A stretch of DNA of 58,161 bases from Gammaproteobacteria bacterium (GTDB taxonomy: Bacteria > Pseudomonadota > Gammaproteobacteria > Eutrophobiales > Eutrophobiaceae): assembly GCA_024278135.1 (NCBI GenBank), contig JAJRTU010000113.1, positions 1 to 58,161 on the forward strand, given 5' to 3'. Below are positions 29,145-39,814 of the stretch, in pieces; the stretch's first letter is position 1; the number at the start of each line of letters is the position of its first letter. The notes under the pieces are model-generated. The model was not told where the DNA came from. It saw nothing but the letters and a program-made list of their open reading frames with translations, and searched no databases. The translations under genes and the position numbers were made by a program.

Positions 29145-30344
29145 ATGAGAAAAGCAATTATTCTGGTGATGGATTCTCTGGGCATTGGTGCCACGGAGGA
29201 TGCATCCCGATTTGGTGATACCGGTGCCAATACTTTCCTGCATATTGCAGAAACCTGTCACCGGGAAAGGCCGGAACCCCTCTACCTGCCCAACCTGACT
29301 CGCCTGGGTTTATACCATGCCACAAAAGAGAGTTGCGGGTCTTACCCCGCTGAGTACGATACAAATATTAAACTGATTGCCGCTTATGCCCATGCAGCGG
29401 AACTGAGTACCGGCAAAGACACCCCCAGCGGTCACTGGGAAATGGCCGGTGTGCCGGTATTGTTTGACTGGGGCTATTTCACGGATGCCCTTGACACTTT
29501 TCCACAAATTCTTCTGGATGAATTAATACAACGCGCCGAACTGCCCGGGCTGCTGGGAAACTGCAAGGCCTCCGGTACAGAAATCATAGCGGAGCTGGGT
29601 GAAGAACATATGCGCACGGGAAAACCCATTGTCTACACCTCGGCAGACAGTGTCTTCCAGATTGCCTGTCATGAAGAGTGCTTCGGTCTGGAAAGACTGA
29701 TGGCACTGTGCGAGATTAGCCGGGAACTGGTCGATGAATACAACATCGGGCGCGTCATTGCCAGACCCTTCACTGGTGATAACAAAGATAACTTCGAGCG
29801 CACCGGCAACCGTCGTGATCTTGCTGTGCCTCCGCCTGCAGCAACCGTGCTGGACAAGCTGGCCGAAGCGGGTGGCGAAGTGATCAGTATTGGAAAAATT
29901 GCTGATATTTATGCCCATCGGGGCATTACAAAAAAAATCAGGGCCACCGGTAATGCTGAACTGTTTGATGCAACACTGCAGGCAGTAGTCTGCGCGCCGG
30001 ATCGCTCCCTCATCTTCACCAATTTCGTTGATTTCGATATGTTATACGGACATCGTCGTGATGCCCTCGGCTATGCTCAGGCCCTGGAATATTTTGACTC
30101 ACGCCTGCCGGCGTTAATCGAGCTGATGGAAGACGACAATCTATTGATCATCTGCGCCGATCATGGCTGCGATCCCACCTGGCCGGGAAGCGATCATACC
30201 CGTGAACATATTCCGGTACTGGTGTATGGAAGCAACATAACACCGGGGTCATTGGGCAGACGGGATACCTTTGCTGATATTGGGCAAAGCCTGGCGACGT
30301 ACTTTGGTCTGCCGGCCATGGATTATGGCAGCAGCTTCCTGTGA
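29145..30344 (+). CDS. deoB: Phosphopentomutase
   Basis: [60 protein letters not shown]. Start at ATG 29145. Confidence 0.96.
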   Translation: MRKAIILVMDSLGIGATEDASRFGDTGANTFLHIAETCHRERPEPLYLPNLTRLGLYHATKESCGSYPAEYDTNIKLIAAYAHAAELSTGKDTPSGHWEMAGVPVLFDWGYFTDALDTFPQILLDELIQRAELPGLLGNCKASGTEIIAELGEEHMRTGKPIVYTSADSVFQIACHEECFGLERLMALCEISRELVDEYNIGRVIARPFTGDNKDNFERTGNRRDLAVPPPAATVLDKLAEAGGEVISIGKIADIYAHRGITKKIRATGNAELFDATLQAVVCAPDRSLIFTNFVDFDMLYGHRRDALGYAQALEYFDSRLPALIELMEDDNLLIICADHGCDPTWPGSDHTREHIPVLVYGSNITPGSLGRRDTFADIGQSLATYFGLPAMDYGSSFL

Positions 30345-30513
30345 ATCGGCATACACACAAATTTCTGCTATATAATCAGTCATACATTTTTCCATTACCA
30401 TGCACCAAAAACCCGGTATTCACACTGACTGCATGGACGTGCCGAATTCCCGTATATCAGCGTGAACCGGTTTATGGGTGCCGTTCAGGAAGCTTTATTT
30501 AGAGAAACTCACT

Positions 30514-31224
30514 ATGTCTTTACACATTAACGCACAAGCAGGCGATTTCGCAGAGACCATATTAATGCCCGGCGATCCTTTACGCGCCCGGTATATTGCT
30601 GAAAAATACCTGGGCAATATTCAACAGGTCAACGATGTACGTCATATGCTGGGGTTTACCGGAGAATATAAAGGCACCCGACTGTCCGTCATGGGCCATG
30701 GCATGGGTATCCCCTCCATATCCATTTACGCAACGGAATTGATTAAGGAATACGGCGTGAAAAATTTCATTCGTGTCGGCAGTTGTGGTGCTGTCAGCTC
30801 TTCTGTCCAGTTACGCGATATCGTTGTGGGTCTGGGGGCATCAACCGACTCCTCAGTCAATCGCATGCGTTTCAAAGGTTATGATTTAGCCGCACTTGCG
30901 GATTTTGAGCTGTTGGAAAATATAATGACAGCGGCCAGACATAAACAGATCAAGGTACAGGTCGGCAATATTTTTTCGGCCGATTTATTTTATACCCCTG
31001 ATCCGGACATGTTCGATATTATGGAAAAATACAACATCCTTGCTGTAGAGATGGAGGCCGCCGGTCTTTATGGCCTGGCCGCGGAGTTCGGTGCCAGGGC
31101 AGTGTGTATTTGTACGGTCAGCGATCATATTCGTAGCGGCGCGGCACTGTCCACCGAAGATCGGCAAACAACATTTGATGAAATGATCGAAATCGCTCTC
31201 GACTCGACAGTATCGGCAACCTGA
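30514..31224 (+). CDS. deoD: Purine nucleoside phosphorylase (hexameric DeoD type)
   Basis: [39 protein letters not shown]. Start at ATG 30514. Confidence 0.96.
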   Translation: MSLHINAQAGDFAETILMPGDPLRARYIAEKYLGNIQQVNDVRHMLGFTGEYKGTRLSVMGHGMGIPSISIYATELIKEYGVKNFIRVGSCGAVSSSVQLRDIVVGLGASTDSSVNRMRFKGYDLAALADFELLENIMTAARHKQIKVQVGNIFSADLFYTPDPDMFDIMEKYNILAVEMEAAGLYGLAAEFGARAVCICTVSDHIRSGAALSTEDRQTTFDEMIEIALDSTVSAT

Positions 31225-31234
31225 AGAGAAAATA

Positions 31235-31678
31235 ATGATGAACAACCTGATCTTAATCAGCACGATCGGTCTTATAGGCGGCCTGAGCATCGGCCTGCAG
31301 GCACCCCTGGCGCATATCATCAATCAACGTCTGGGCATACTGGAAAGCGTTTTTATCATCCACCTCGGCGGACTTGTTACCGTACTCGTCTTATTGTTGT
31401 TCAAGGGCGGCGGTAATCTCGGCCAATGGCAGCATGTCCCCTGGTATGCACTGCTGGGAGGTGTTTTAGGCGTCGCGCTGATCAGCGCACAGGTGTATAT
31501 CATCCCCAGTATCGGCATCGCCGCCACGCTCACGCTGATCATTGCCGGGCAATTATTGATGGCGACCTGTATTGATCACTTTGGTATATTCGAAATTGAA
31601 ACAATACGCCTGAGCGGGACAAGAGTATCAGGGCTGGCGATTGTCCTGCTCGGTGTTTGGTTGACGATCAAACAATAA
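31235..31678 (+). CDS. DMT superfamily transporter (YdcZ-like)
   Basis: 147 aa, about 5 TM; PWYALLGGVLG, IAGQLL...IDHFG. Confidence 0.85.
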   Translation: MMNNLILISTIGLIGGLSIGLQAPLAHIINQRLGILESVFIIHLGGLVTVLVLLLFKGGGNLGQWQHVPWYALLGGVLGVALISAQVYIIPSIGIAATLTLIIAGQLLMATCIDHFGIFEIETIRLSGTRVSGLAIVLLGVWLTIKQ

Positions 31679-31690
31679 GATAATAATTTA

Positions 31691-33097
31691 ATGTCTCAAT
31701 TCACGGGTCTCATCGGTATTGCTGTTATCTTTCTGGCGGTATTTCTCGCCTCCAACAACCGCCAGGCCATCAGTTGGCGACTGGTGATATGCGGTCTGAG
31801 CCTACAGCTCTTTCTGGCGATGTTCATCCTGAGAACGCCCTGGGGACAGCAGTTGTTTCAAATACTGGGTAATATGGTTGAAAAAATACTGGGCTTTGCC
31901 GATGCCGGCGCAGGCTTTGTCTTTGGCCCGCTGGTCTCGCAACCCGAAAAGATGATAGAAATATTCGGCCCCGCCGGCAGCTTTATTTTCGTCTTCAAAC
32001 TCGTGCCGGTATTTATCTTCGTCGCTGCACTGGCAGCACTGGCCTATCACTATGGGCTCATGCAACGCATAGTCGGCATGATGGCCTGGGCTATTTACCG
32101 CATCATGGGGGCCAGCGGCGCCGAGGCCACGTCCAACTCGGCCAGTGTTTTTGTGGGTCAGGTTGAAGCCCAGATTCTAATCAAACCCTTCCTGGCCAGC
32201 GCCACAAAATCAGAATTACTGGCCATCATGGCGGGTTCCATGGCCTGTATTTCCGGTGGCATCATGGCCGTCTATATCAAGATGGGCATTCCTGCCAATT
32301 ATCTTATGACGGCCAGCATCATGGCCGTGCCGGGGGCACTGGTGATATCCAAAATGCTCTATCCGGAGGTGGAGGATTCTGTCACCAAAGGCACGATCAA
32401 ACTGAACCTGGAAAAAAAGTCTGTTAACGCTATTGACGCTGTCGTCATTGGCGCAGGCGATGGGCTGAAGGTCGGGCTGGTGGTCACCGCGATGTTGATT
32501 GCCATTATCTCGATTATCACCATGCTCGATTACATGCTGGGCAAGGCAGGCGTCTATCTGGCGAGTGTGCTGTTTGAAGCCGGTAAAGAGGCCGTTTTCT
32601 TTCATCTGGATTTGAATAACCTCACTATCAGCAGTGTGCTGGGTGCTTTATTCTACTATCTCGCCATGCTGATGGGCGTACCGGTTCAGGATGCCGCGGC
32701 CGTTGGCGGTTTGATGGGCACCAAATTAATCATTAATGAATTCGTCGCCTACAGTCAACTGGGACCGATGATAGAGGCAGGCAGTATGAGTCCGAAATCC
32801 ATACTCATCGCTACTTTTGCTTTATGCGGTTTTGCCAATTTCAGCTCGGTGGCCATGCTGATTGGCGGTATCAGCGAAATGGTCCCTGAACGTAAACATG
32901 AACTGGCAAAACTGGGGATACCGGCAATGATATGCGGCACACTGGCTTCCTATCTCTCAGCAACACTGGCCGGCATCCTTTATCTGCAGCCGGGATCCAG
33001 TCTCAATAACTCCATCATGTTGCCGGTAATCGTGATGTTGATGACCGTTGCGATCATTATTGTCTTCAATAAATTAAGCAAAACAGGGTCCGGGTAG
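31691..33097 (+). CDS. Concentrative nucleoside transporter (CNT/NupC family)
   Basis: FVGQVEA, KLIINEFVAY, FALCGFANFSS, GTLASYLSATLAG. Confidence 0.93.
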   Translation: MSQFTGLIGIAVIFLAVFLASNNRQAISWRLVICGLSLQLFLAMFILRTPWGQQLFQILGNMVEKILGFADAGAGFVFGPLVSQPEKMIEIFGPAGSFIFVFKLVPVFIFVAALAALAYHYGLMQRIVGMMAWAIYRIMGASGAEATSNSASVFVGQVEAQILIKPFLASATKSELLAIMAGSMACISGGIMAVYIKMGIPANYLMTASIMAVPGALVISKMLYPEVEDSVTKGTIKLNLEKKSVNAIDAVVIGAGDGLKVGLVVTAMLIAIISIITMLDYMLGKAGVYLASVLFEAGKEAVFFHLDLNNLTISSVLGALFYYLAMLMGVPVQDAAAVGGLMGTKLIINEFVAYSQLGPMIEAGSMSPKSILIATFALCGFANFSSVAMLIGGISEMVPERKHELAKLGIPAMICGTLASYLSATLAGILYLQPGSSLNNSIMLPVIVMLMTVAIIIVFNKLSKTGSG

Positions 33098-33143
33098 CGG
33101 CAGATCAGACGACGGCTCCCGAGACATACCACAGGATGCGGAT

Positions 33144-34019
33144 ATGGGAAAAAAATACAAGAGCACACCGGAAGATATTCAATACTACTTCCATAAAGCC
33201 CTGACTGAAAACGGGGAAAAAGTCCGGTGTACCATTGTTTTTGTACATGGCTTGCGTGACCATGCCAGTACACACAAGTTCTTTTTTGAACAACTCAACC
33301 GGGAAGGCTGCCATATACTGAGTTTCGACTTGCTGGGTCACGGCTACAGCACAGGAGAACGTTGCAGTATCGACGATTACAGACAGCATGTCGTCGTCGT
33401 ATGGCACAGCATTATTCGCGCCCTGCGGGAACATATCCCGCAGGGAATACCCGTGGTTATTATGGGTTACTCCTATGGGTTTTCCCTGGTGGTGCACGCC
33501 TTGCACGAACTCATCACAAAAAACATCAGTATAGAAAGAATTATACAAAAACGGGTGACCCTGGTCGTGGGTCTGAGCCCGGCCTTCAAGGTGGGGCATA
33601 CGGCTTCACCGATTGTGCGCTTCTTCGCACCCGTACTGGCCCTGCTCTCGCGCTATATTAGGAATATTCCCATGATGCCCCTTCAGCCTGAAAAGATAAC
33701 CGATGATGAGGAAATCCTCAAAGTGATAGAGACCGACCCGCAGGTATTCAAAGGTCGTATCAATATACAAACAGCCCGTAATGTACATGTTGCCGGAAAA
33801 TCCGCCCTGCGCCTGTTACCCACAATCAAGTTACCCTTCCTGTTGATATTTGGCAGTGAAGACTTCGTTCAGCCCATCAGCAAAGAAGAAATAGAGAAGC
33901 GTGAAGATATTCAGATTCGCATCATTCCGGGTGGCAAACACAATATTTTTGATGGCGATAATCTCTATGCCGGTCGGACGCTGGAGTCCATCATGCGCGC
34001 AATAGAGCAATATTGTTAA
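33144..34019 (+). CDS. Alpha/beta hydrolase (lysophospholipase/monoacylglycerol lipase-like)
   Basis: FVHGLRDH, FDLLGHGYS, GYSYG nucleophile elbow, GSEDF (Asp), GGKH (His). Confidence 0.85.
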   Translation: MGKKYKSTPEDIQYYFHKALTENGEKVRCTIVFVHGLRDHASTHKFFFEQLNREGCHILSFDLLGHGYSTGERCSIDDYRQHVVVVWHSIIRALREHIPQGIPVVIMGYSYGFSLVVHALHELITKNISIERIIQKRVTLVVGLSPAFKVGHTASPIVRFFAPVLALLSRYIRNIPMMPLQPEKITDDEEILKVIETDPQVFKGRINIQTARNVHVAGKSALRLLPTIKLPFLLIFGSEDFVQPISKEEIEKREDIQIRIIPGGKHNIFDGDNLYAGRTLESIMRAIEQYC

Positions 34020-34164
34020 ACACGAAACGTGATATTGCACCAGATCTTATGCTGTCTGAATGGTCTTGTTGATTGCGGTAAAACAAACCTGATAAATTGG
34101 CACAGTAAAAAAGCCCGGATCACTATTACACGACTTGATGAAAATCAGACGGCGTGAACCTGCG

Positions 34165-34860
34165 CTAATAACTGTCTGCAGCGGCTTCAGCCCCGGCACC
34201 GACAATAATCAAACCGGCACTTGTACCCAGACGACTGGCCCCGGCTTCCACCATGTCACAGGCTGTACGGTAATCTCTGATACCGCCGCTGGCCTTCACT
34301 CCTGTATCCGGTCCCACTGTTTCACGCAACAAACGTACATCCACCACTGTAGCACCCCCGCTGGAAAAGCCGGTGGATGTCTTGACAAAATGTGCGCCTG
34401 CTTCAACACAGGTCGTACAGGCCTGTATTTTTTCTTCATTACTTAACAGGCAGGTTTCCAGGATGACTTTCACTGTACGTCCCTGGGCGGCATCGACAAC
34501 AGCAACAATATCTGCTTTCATCTGCGCCAGCCCGGCAGATTTCAACAGGCCGATATTCAGCACCATATCAATCTCATCCGCCCCCTGCTCTACTGCAATG
34601 CGGGTCTCCGTCGCTTTGACCCGGGATACCGAAGCCCCGAGAGGGAAAGCAATGACCGTACCTACTTTTACCTCCGAATGCTTCAACAATGCCACCGCCT
34701 GAGTAACAAAGGTCGGCAAGATGCAAACGGAGTAAAAATGATGTGTCATTGCCTCCGTACACAGTTGTTCCACCATGGCCGGCGTCGACTCGGGTTTTAA
34801 CAGCGTATGATCAATGAGCATCGCCAGTGCTTTTCTGTTTCTCATTTTTCTGTTTTCCAT
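34165..34860 (-). CDS. deoC: Deoxyribose-phosphate aldolase
   Basis: IDHTLLKP, FPLG, GADEIDMV, VKVILET, FVKTSTGF, VKASGGIR, RLGTS. Confidence 0.96.
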   Translation of the reverse strand: MENRKMRNRKALAMLIDHTLLKPESTPAMVEQLCTEAMTHHFYSVCILPTFVTQAVALLKHSEVKVGTVIAFPLGASVSRVKATETRIAVEQGADEIDMVLNIGLLKSAGLAQMKADIVAVVDAAQGRTVKVILETCLLSNEEKIQACTTCVEAGAHFVKTSTGFSSGGATVVDVRLLRETVGPDTGVKASGGIRDYRTACDMVEAGASRLGTSAGLIIVGAGAEAAADSY

Positions 34861-34873
34861 TTTTATCTGCCCG

Positions 34874-36100
34874 CTATTGCGACCAGGTTATCGGTAAAGA
34901 TTTTAAACCCCTGCTGCTCAGTCCAATTCGATACTCCGCTTCGTCAACGGCCGGCGCAATGTCGGGAAGTCGTTGTAACAGGGTGGTAAACATGATATCC
35001 ATGTTCAATCGCGCCAGGTGATTGCCAAGACAAAAATGTGCGCCTGTACCAAAAGCCAAATGCCGGTTTGGCGTTCGGCTTACATCAAAATCATCAGGCC
35101 GGGAAAACCGGGCCGGATCGCGATTGGCCGAAGCATACAGAACGCCGAATTTAGTACCCTTCGGAAAAAAATGTCCCTTGTACTCGATGTCTTCCAGTGC
35201 CAGACGATGGAAGAAAGGTAATGGGGGGTCGTAACGAAACATTTCCTGCACCGCGCTTTGTATCAAGGCCGGCTGTGCCCGGAGTTTTTCCATTTCCTGC
35301 CGGTGTTGCAACAGGGCCAGCATACCGTTACCGGAGGCGTCAATCGTTGATCCATGACCAGCTATCAGGATAATCATACAGGTTGAAATCAGCTCATCTC
35401 TACTGAGTCTGGCCTGTGCCTCGGCAACAAGGAGTTCCGATATCAAATCATCCTCCGGACTTTCGCGACGCTGCTCTGCCAGCCTGACAAGATATTCGGC
35501 AAACTCCCCGCTCGCCTCCTCTGCCTTTTGTATGTCAGCATCCGTTCTCTCCGGTTCAAAGAACTGCACAATATGTTCCGACCACTGACGTAGTCGCGAC
35601 CGATCCTGCGTCGCTACCCCCAGTAACTTGCCTATGACAAACCCGGGAATGGGTGCGACAAAGTCTTCAATAAAGTCCATCTTCCCTTTGCCGACAAGGG
35701 CACTCAGTCGTTCATCTACCAGGGCCTGTACACTGCCACGAAGTGCGTTCACTCGCTTTGGTGTGAATATCCGGAAGACCAGATTACGCAGACGATCATG
35801 TAACTCGCCTTCACTGTCCAGAATATTAACGCGCACATAACGACTGATATCGGGCGTGGCCGGCCAATTTTCCGCTTGTCGTTTGACAGCCAGTTCTGCC
35901 TCTGTCATGACGTGCTCCAGGCTGCGCACAAGACGCGGGTCGTTGACCAAGGTGAGAATATCCTCGTATGTGGACAATAAGAACATATCCCACTTTTTAT
36001 AATAATAGATGGGATGTTCGTCACGCATCTGCTTGTAAATCACATAAGGATCACGGGCAAATTCCGTAGTAAAAGGTTGAAATGAGAATGTCTTTTGCAT
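34874..36100 (-). CDS. Cytochrome P450
   Basis: HLAFGTGAHFCLG haem motif, EMFR (ExxR), SANRDP, I-helix AGHGST. Confidence 0.94.
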   Translation of the reverse strand: MQKTFSFQPFTTEFARDPYVIYKQMRDEHPIYYYKKWDMFLLSTYEDILTLVNDPRLVRSLEHVMTEAELAVKRQAENWPATPDISRYVRVNILDSEGELHDRLRNLVFRIFTPKRVNALRGSVQALVDERLSALVGKGKMDFIEDFVAPIPGFVIGKLLGVATQDRSRLRQWSEHIVQFFEPERTDADIQKAEEASGEFAEYLVRLAEQRRESPEDDLISELLVAEAQARLSRDELISTCMIILIAGHGSTIDASGNGMLALLQHRQEMEKLRAQPALIQSAVQEMFRYDPPLPFFHRLALEDIEYKGHFFPKGTKFGVLYASANRDPARFSRPDDFDVSRTPNRHLAFGTGAHFCLGNHLARLNMDIMFTTLLQRLPDIAPAVDEAEYRIGLSSRGLKSLPITWSQ

Positions 36101-36255
36101 CGGCTATTCATTCAAGGTGGTATTGGTCTCTCCTTGTGCCTGCCGACAAATTCCTTTGGGTGAAATAGTGTTCTTTGCACCATTCTTCACTGTATTAAGC
36201 ACACCGGACATTGTACATTGATTGTCTATTGATGTGGATGAAAGACTGACTCACT

Positions 36256-36870
36256 ATGAATGCTCAAATAAAACGACTGTGTGTGTTTTCCGGCTCCAGC
36301 CCGGGACATCAACCTGAATACGCTGAAGCAGCAGGCCAATTGGGTCGTGCTTTGGTAAAAAATAATATTACACTGGTTTATGGCGGCGGTGATGTCGGCT
36401 TAATGGGTGTTATCGCTGATACAGTCATGTCTGCAGGTGGTGAGGTGATTGGCGTTATACCGGAGTTCCTTGCCAAAAAAGAAGTCGCCCATAATGAAAT
36501 AACTGATCTTCGTATTGTTCAGTCAATGCACGAACGCAAGGCTTTGATGTCCGAGCTGTCTGATGGTTTTATCGCCCTGCCGGGCGGCCTGGGGACTTTT
36601 GAAGAATTATTTGAAGTATTGACCTGGCAACAACTGGGGATCCAGTCGAAGCCATGTGCGCTGCTGAACACCTGCAGTTATTTTGAGCCCTTATTGAAAT
36701 TACTGGATCACGCTGTTACAGAGAGATTTCTGAAACCCGTGCACCGGGCGATGTTACTCACAGGCCAGACACCTGCTTTGCTCATAGAACAGTTGATGAA
36801 ATACAAGCCTCGACCAACAGATAAATGGATGGACGGGGACGACATTGTTGATTCAGGCAAGGTGATATAA
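36256..36870 (+). CDS. LOG family nucleotide phosphoribohydrolase (TIGR00730-like)
   Basis: LVYGGGDVGLMG, MHERKALM, ALPGGLGTFEE. Confidence 0.93.
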   Translation: MNAQIKRLCVFSGSSPGHQPEYAEAAGQLGRALVKNNITLVYGGGDVGLMGVIADTVMSAGGEVIGVIPEFLAKKEVAHNEITDLRIVQSMHERKALMSELSDGFIALPGGLGTFEELFEVLTWQQLGIQSKPCALLNTCSYFEPLLKLLDHAVTERFLKPVHRAMLLTGQTPALLIEQLMKYKPRPTDKWMDGDDIVDSGKVI

Positions 36871-37038
36871 GTCGGATAGACGAATCGGGTGCAAGCGTGC
36901 TGGACAGTTCCCCGCATGGGGCGCTCTTTCAAGCCTTTTCTGAATTCATTGGCTGTGTATTCGCAGGCCGTCCCGAACTGTATCGTTCCGCAAAAAACTG
37001 AACTATGGCCCGCAGATGTTTAGCTGATGCCGATTATA

Positions 37039-37335
37039 TCAATTAAGTTGAACGAGGCCGACCTTATCTATAAACACCACCGGATTCGAATGCTTTGTGG
37101 GTAAGGGACAGGATTGGCCCACAACCATTTCATCGGCGTTTTCAGCATACCAGTCATCCTGAAAAGCCTGCATATGCCCCTGTTGATAGCCTTCAGCATA
37201 GGCTGCCCGTCCCAACAGCAGCCATCGCCGGGCTTTCGCATTACTGTAACCATCATAATAGCCACTTTCATGATCAGCGCAGGATACTGTAAATAATATT
37301 ATGCACAACACCGGAAAGAGTCTGGCGCCGGACAA
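37039..37335 (-). CDS. Small hypothetical lipoprotein
   Basis: TTG at 37335 lies 1 nt after the stop of the upstream gene; hydrophobic stretch ending FTVSC; repeated GY motifs. Confidence 0.5.
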   Translation of the reverse strand: MSGARLFPVLCIILFTVSCADHESGYYDGYSNAKARRWLLLGRAAYAEGYQQGHMQAFQDDWYAENADEMVVGQSCPLPTKHSNPVVFIDKVGLVQLN

Positions 37336-37336
37336 T

Positions 37337-38221
37337 TTAACCTGCCACTGTTTTAACACGCTCTCTCTCACCAAATATATCCCTGTGTTGTTGAACAAAT
37401 GACCTGAATGACCGGGGTGCCCTGCCACATAATTCACGACAGGTATCTGTGACCGAGGCTGCTGTATCCTGCGCCATTAATTCAAATAACGCCATCACCG
37501 CATTGACGTACCAGTCACTGGAACCCCAGTTCAGCAACTGACTCCTGAATTCCTGTGCTGGAAGATCCACATAAGTGATCTTTCGCCCCAGCACTTCGGA
37601 CATCTGTTCGGCCAGATCGTAAAAGGAAAGAATTTCCGGTCCGGTAATATAATATGTCTGCCCTTTGTGGCCTGATTCCGTCAGCACAGTGACCACTACA
37701 TCGGCCACATCGGCTACGTCAATAATCCCGGTCCGCCCCTCCCCCAGAGGCAGGTAAAAGCGGTCCTCTGCAACAATGGAAGCGGCGCAATGCAATATAT
37801 TCTGCATGAAAAAATTGGGGCGTATATGAGTATAGTTCATACCGGACCGGGCCAGATACTCTTCAGCCTCACCGTGAACTCTTTTTAACAGAGCGGATGA
37901 TTTTACATCAGCACCCGATGCCGAGAGCTTGACCAGATGCGAGACTTCCCGTCTTTTGGCAACATCAATAAAGCGTTTCTCATTGGCGAGTTGCTGCTCC
38001 GAATTGGCCATAACCAGGAAGGCCCTGTCAACTCCTTGCAGGGCTGATTCAATAGACGATTCATCTTCCAGATCACCCTGAACAATCTCAAGCCCCGGCA
38101 TAGACAGGTCCGTGACCTTATCGAGATCCCGCACCAGAGCACGAACGGGGATTTGCCGTTCACCGAGCACAGTCAATATCGCTCTGCCGCATGTGCCGGT
38201 AATACCCGTCAGCAAAATCAT
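37337..38221 (-). CDS. NmrA-like atypical SDR NAD(P)-binding oxidoreductase
   Basis: MILLTGITGTCG Rossmann motif, IRPNFFMQN, IDVADVA, YYITGPE. Start at ATG 38221. Confidence 0.9.
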   Translation of the reverse strand: MILLTGITGTCGRAILTVLGERQIPVRALVRDLDKVTDLSMPGLEIVQGDLEDESSIESALQGVDRAFLVMANSEQQLANEKRFIDVAKRREVSHLVKLSASGADVKSSALLKRVHGEAEEYLARSGMNYTHIRPNFFMQNILHCAASIVAEDRFYLPLGEGRTGIIDVADVADVVVTVLTESGHKGQTYYITGPEILSFYDLAEQMSEVLGRKITYVDLPAQEFRSQLLNWGSSDWYVNAVMALFELMAQDTAASVTDTCRELCGRAPRSFRSFVQQHRDIFGERERVKTVAG

Positions 38222-38366
38222 GTTATACTTTCCGCTCCGTGTTTCATTATTATTTCCAAAGCAAAATTGCCTCACCAATATCTGCCAAATCCAGCCGCAT
38301 TAATTTCCGGGCTGCGGTAAACTCATAATCGTCTACGAGTATAACCTGTAAATTATTTGATGCTAC

Positions 38367-39143
38367 ATGAAAAAACTTGTCACACCACTGCTGCTGTTAC
38401 TGTTCACCAACGTCACCCTGGCGGCGGATGCCCCCCACATGGCAGTCGCCTCGAATATGTTCCAGGCCATGACGGATATTGCCCGGTCTTTTCGACAGGA
38501 CACGAATATTGACGTCAGGTTGATCTTTGGTTCGTCCGGTAATTTTGCACGACAGATAATACAAGGCGCACCGTTCAGGCTCTTTCTCAGCGCAGACAGG
38601 AAATATGTCGACTTGCTGAAAGAAAACGGTCTTACCCTGCTGGCCGATATCAAATACGCACGGGGACGCATCGGTCTGTTTATTCCTGATGGTTCAACAA
38701 TGTCAGTCAGTAAGGATTTGAGTTCGGCAATGAAAAAACTGTTCCATGGGAAATACAAACGCCTCACCATTGCCAACCCCGAACATGCACCCTATGGCAT
38801 CGCCGCACAACAGGCCCTGCAAAATGCGGGCCTGTGGGTGGTGGAGAAACACCGTTTGTTACTCGCCGAGAATGCAGCCCAGGCAGCGCAAATTGCGCTC
38901 AGCGGCAATGTGGATGTGGGGATCATTCCCGCCTCATTTACATATTTACCGGTGTTTCAGAACAAAGGTAAATTTTTCCTGATTCCTGAACAATGGCATC
39001 AACCCCTGCAACAACACCTGGTTTTGCTGGAGGGGGCAAACAGTATCGAAAAACAGTTTTTTGAATACATGCAGGAAGCGAAGGCACGGCGTATTGTTCA
39101 AAAGTACGGTTATGCCATGACGCTACCAGACAGCCGGCGCTGA
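38367..39143 (+). CDS. modA: Molybdate ABC transporter substrate-binding protein
   Basis: Signal peptide, AVASN, FGSSG, GAPFRLFLSAD, IANPEHAPYG. Confidence 0.92.
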   Translation: MKKLVTPLLLLLFTNVTLAADAPHMAVASNMFQAMTDIARSFRQDTNIDVRLIFGSSGNFARQIIQGAPFRLFLSADRKYVDLLKENGLTLLADIKYARGRIGLFIPDGSTMSVSKDLSSAMKKLFHGKYKRLTIANPEHAPYGIAAQQALQNAGLWVVEKHRLLLAENAAQAAQIALSGNVDVGIIPASFTYLPVFQNKGKFFLIPEQWHQPLQQHLVLLEGANSIEKQFFEYMQEAKARRIVQKYGYAMTLPDSRR

Positions 39144-39814
39144 TGGACTGGCAGGCACTTCAACTTTCCTTCTCACTGGGGCTGTGGACCGTTGTCCTGC
39201 TTATCCCGGCAGGGGTGATCCTGGCCAGAATACTCGCCTGGCGACATTTCCCGGGCCGGAATTTCCTGCAAACCCTGCTGGCGCTGCCCCTGTTGTTGCC
39301 GCCGACGGTACTGGGTTTTTACCTCTTGATGATGATGGGCAACCGATCTGTTATCGGTCGAAGTTATGAAGCCCTCATCGGCGAGCCACTGGTTTTTTCC
39401 TTTCAGGGTTTATTGCTGGCTTCACTCATATTCAATATCCCCTTTGCCATTCAGCCTATGCAACGGGCCTTCGAATCCATTTCCATTTCAATACGTGAAG
39501 CCGCCTGGTGCAGTGGTCTGAGTCCATGGCAAACATTCTGGAAAATTGAATTGCCCCTGGCCTGGCCCGGTATTCTGTCGGCAGGCATTCTCACTTTTGC
39601 CCACACGCTCGGAGAATTCGGCGTGATACTGATGGTCGGTGGCAATATTCACGGTGAAACCCGCACCATTGCCATTTCAATATATGACCGGGTCCAGGCC
39701 TTCGATAATCAAAGTGCAGCAATTATGTCAGGCGCACTTTTATTGATTGCCTTTGTCGCCATCACCAGCATCTATGTACTTAACGACAAACTGGGCAGGG
39801 CGCATGAGCGATAA
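39143..39814 (+). CDS. modB: Molybdate ABC transporter permease
   Basis: LPLLLPPTVLGFYLL, FAHTLGEFGVILMVGGNI; TGATG overlap with modA. Confidence 0.94.
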   Translation: MDWQALQLSFSLGLWTVVLLIPAGVILARILAWRHFPGRNFLQTLLALPLLLPPTVLGFYLLMMMGNRSVIGRSYEALIGEPLVFSFQGLLLASLIFNIPFAIQPMQRAFESISISIREAAWCSGLSPWQTFWKIELPLAWPGILSAGILTFAHTLGEFGVILMVGGNIHGETRTIAISIYDRVQAFDNQSAAIMSGALLLIAFVAITSIYVLNDKLGRAHER

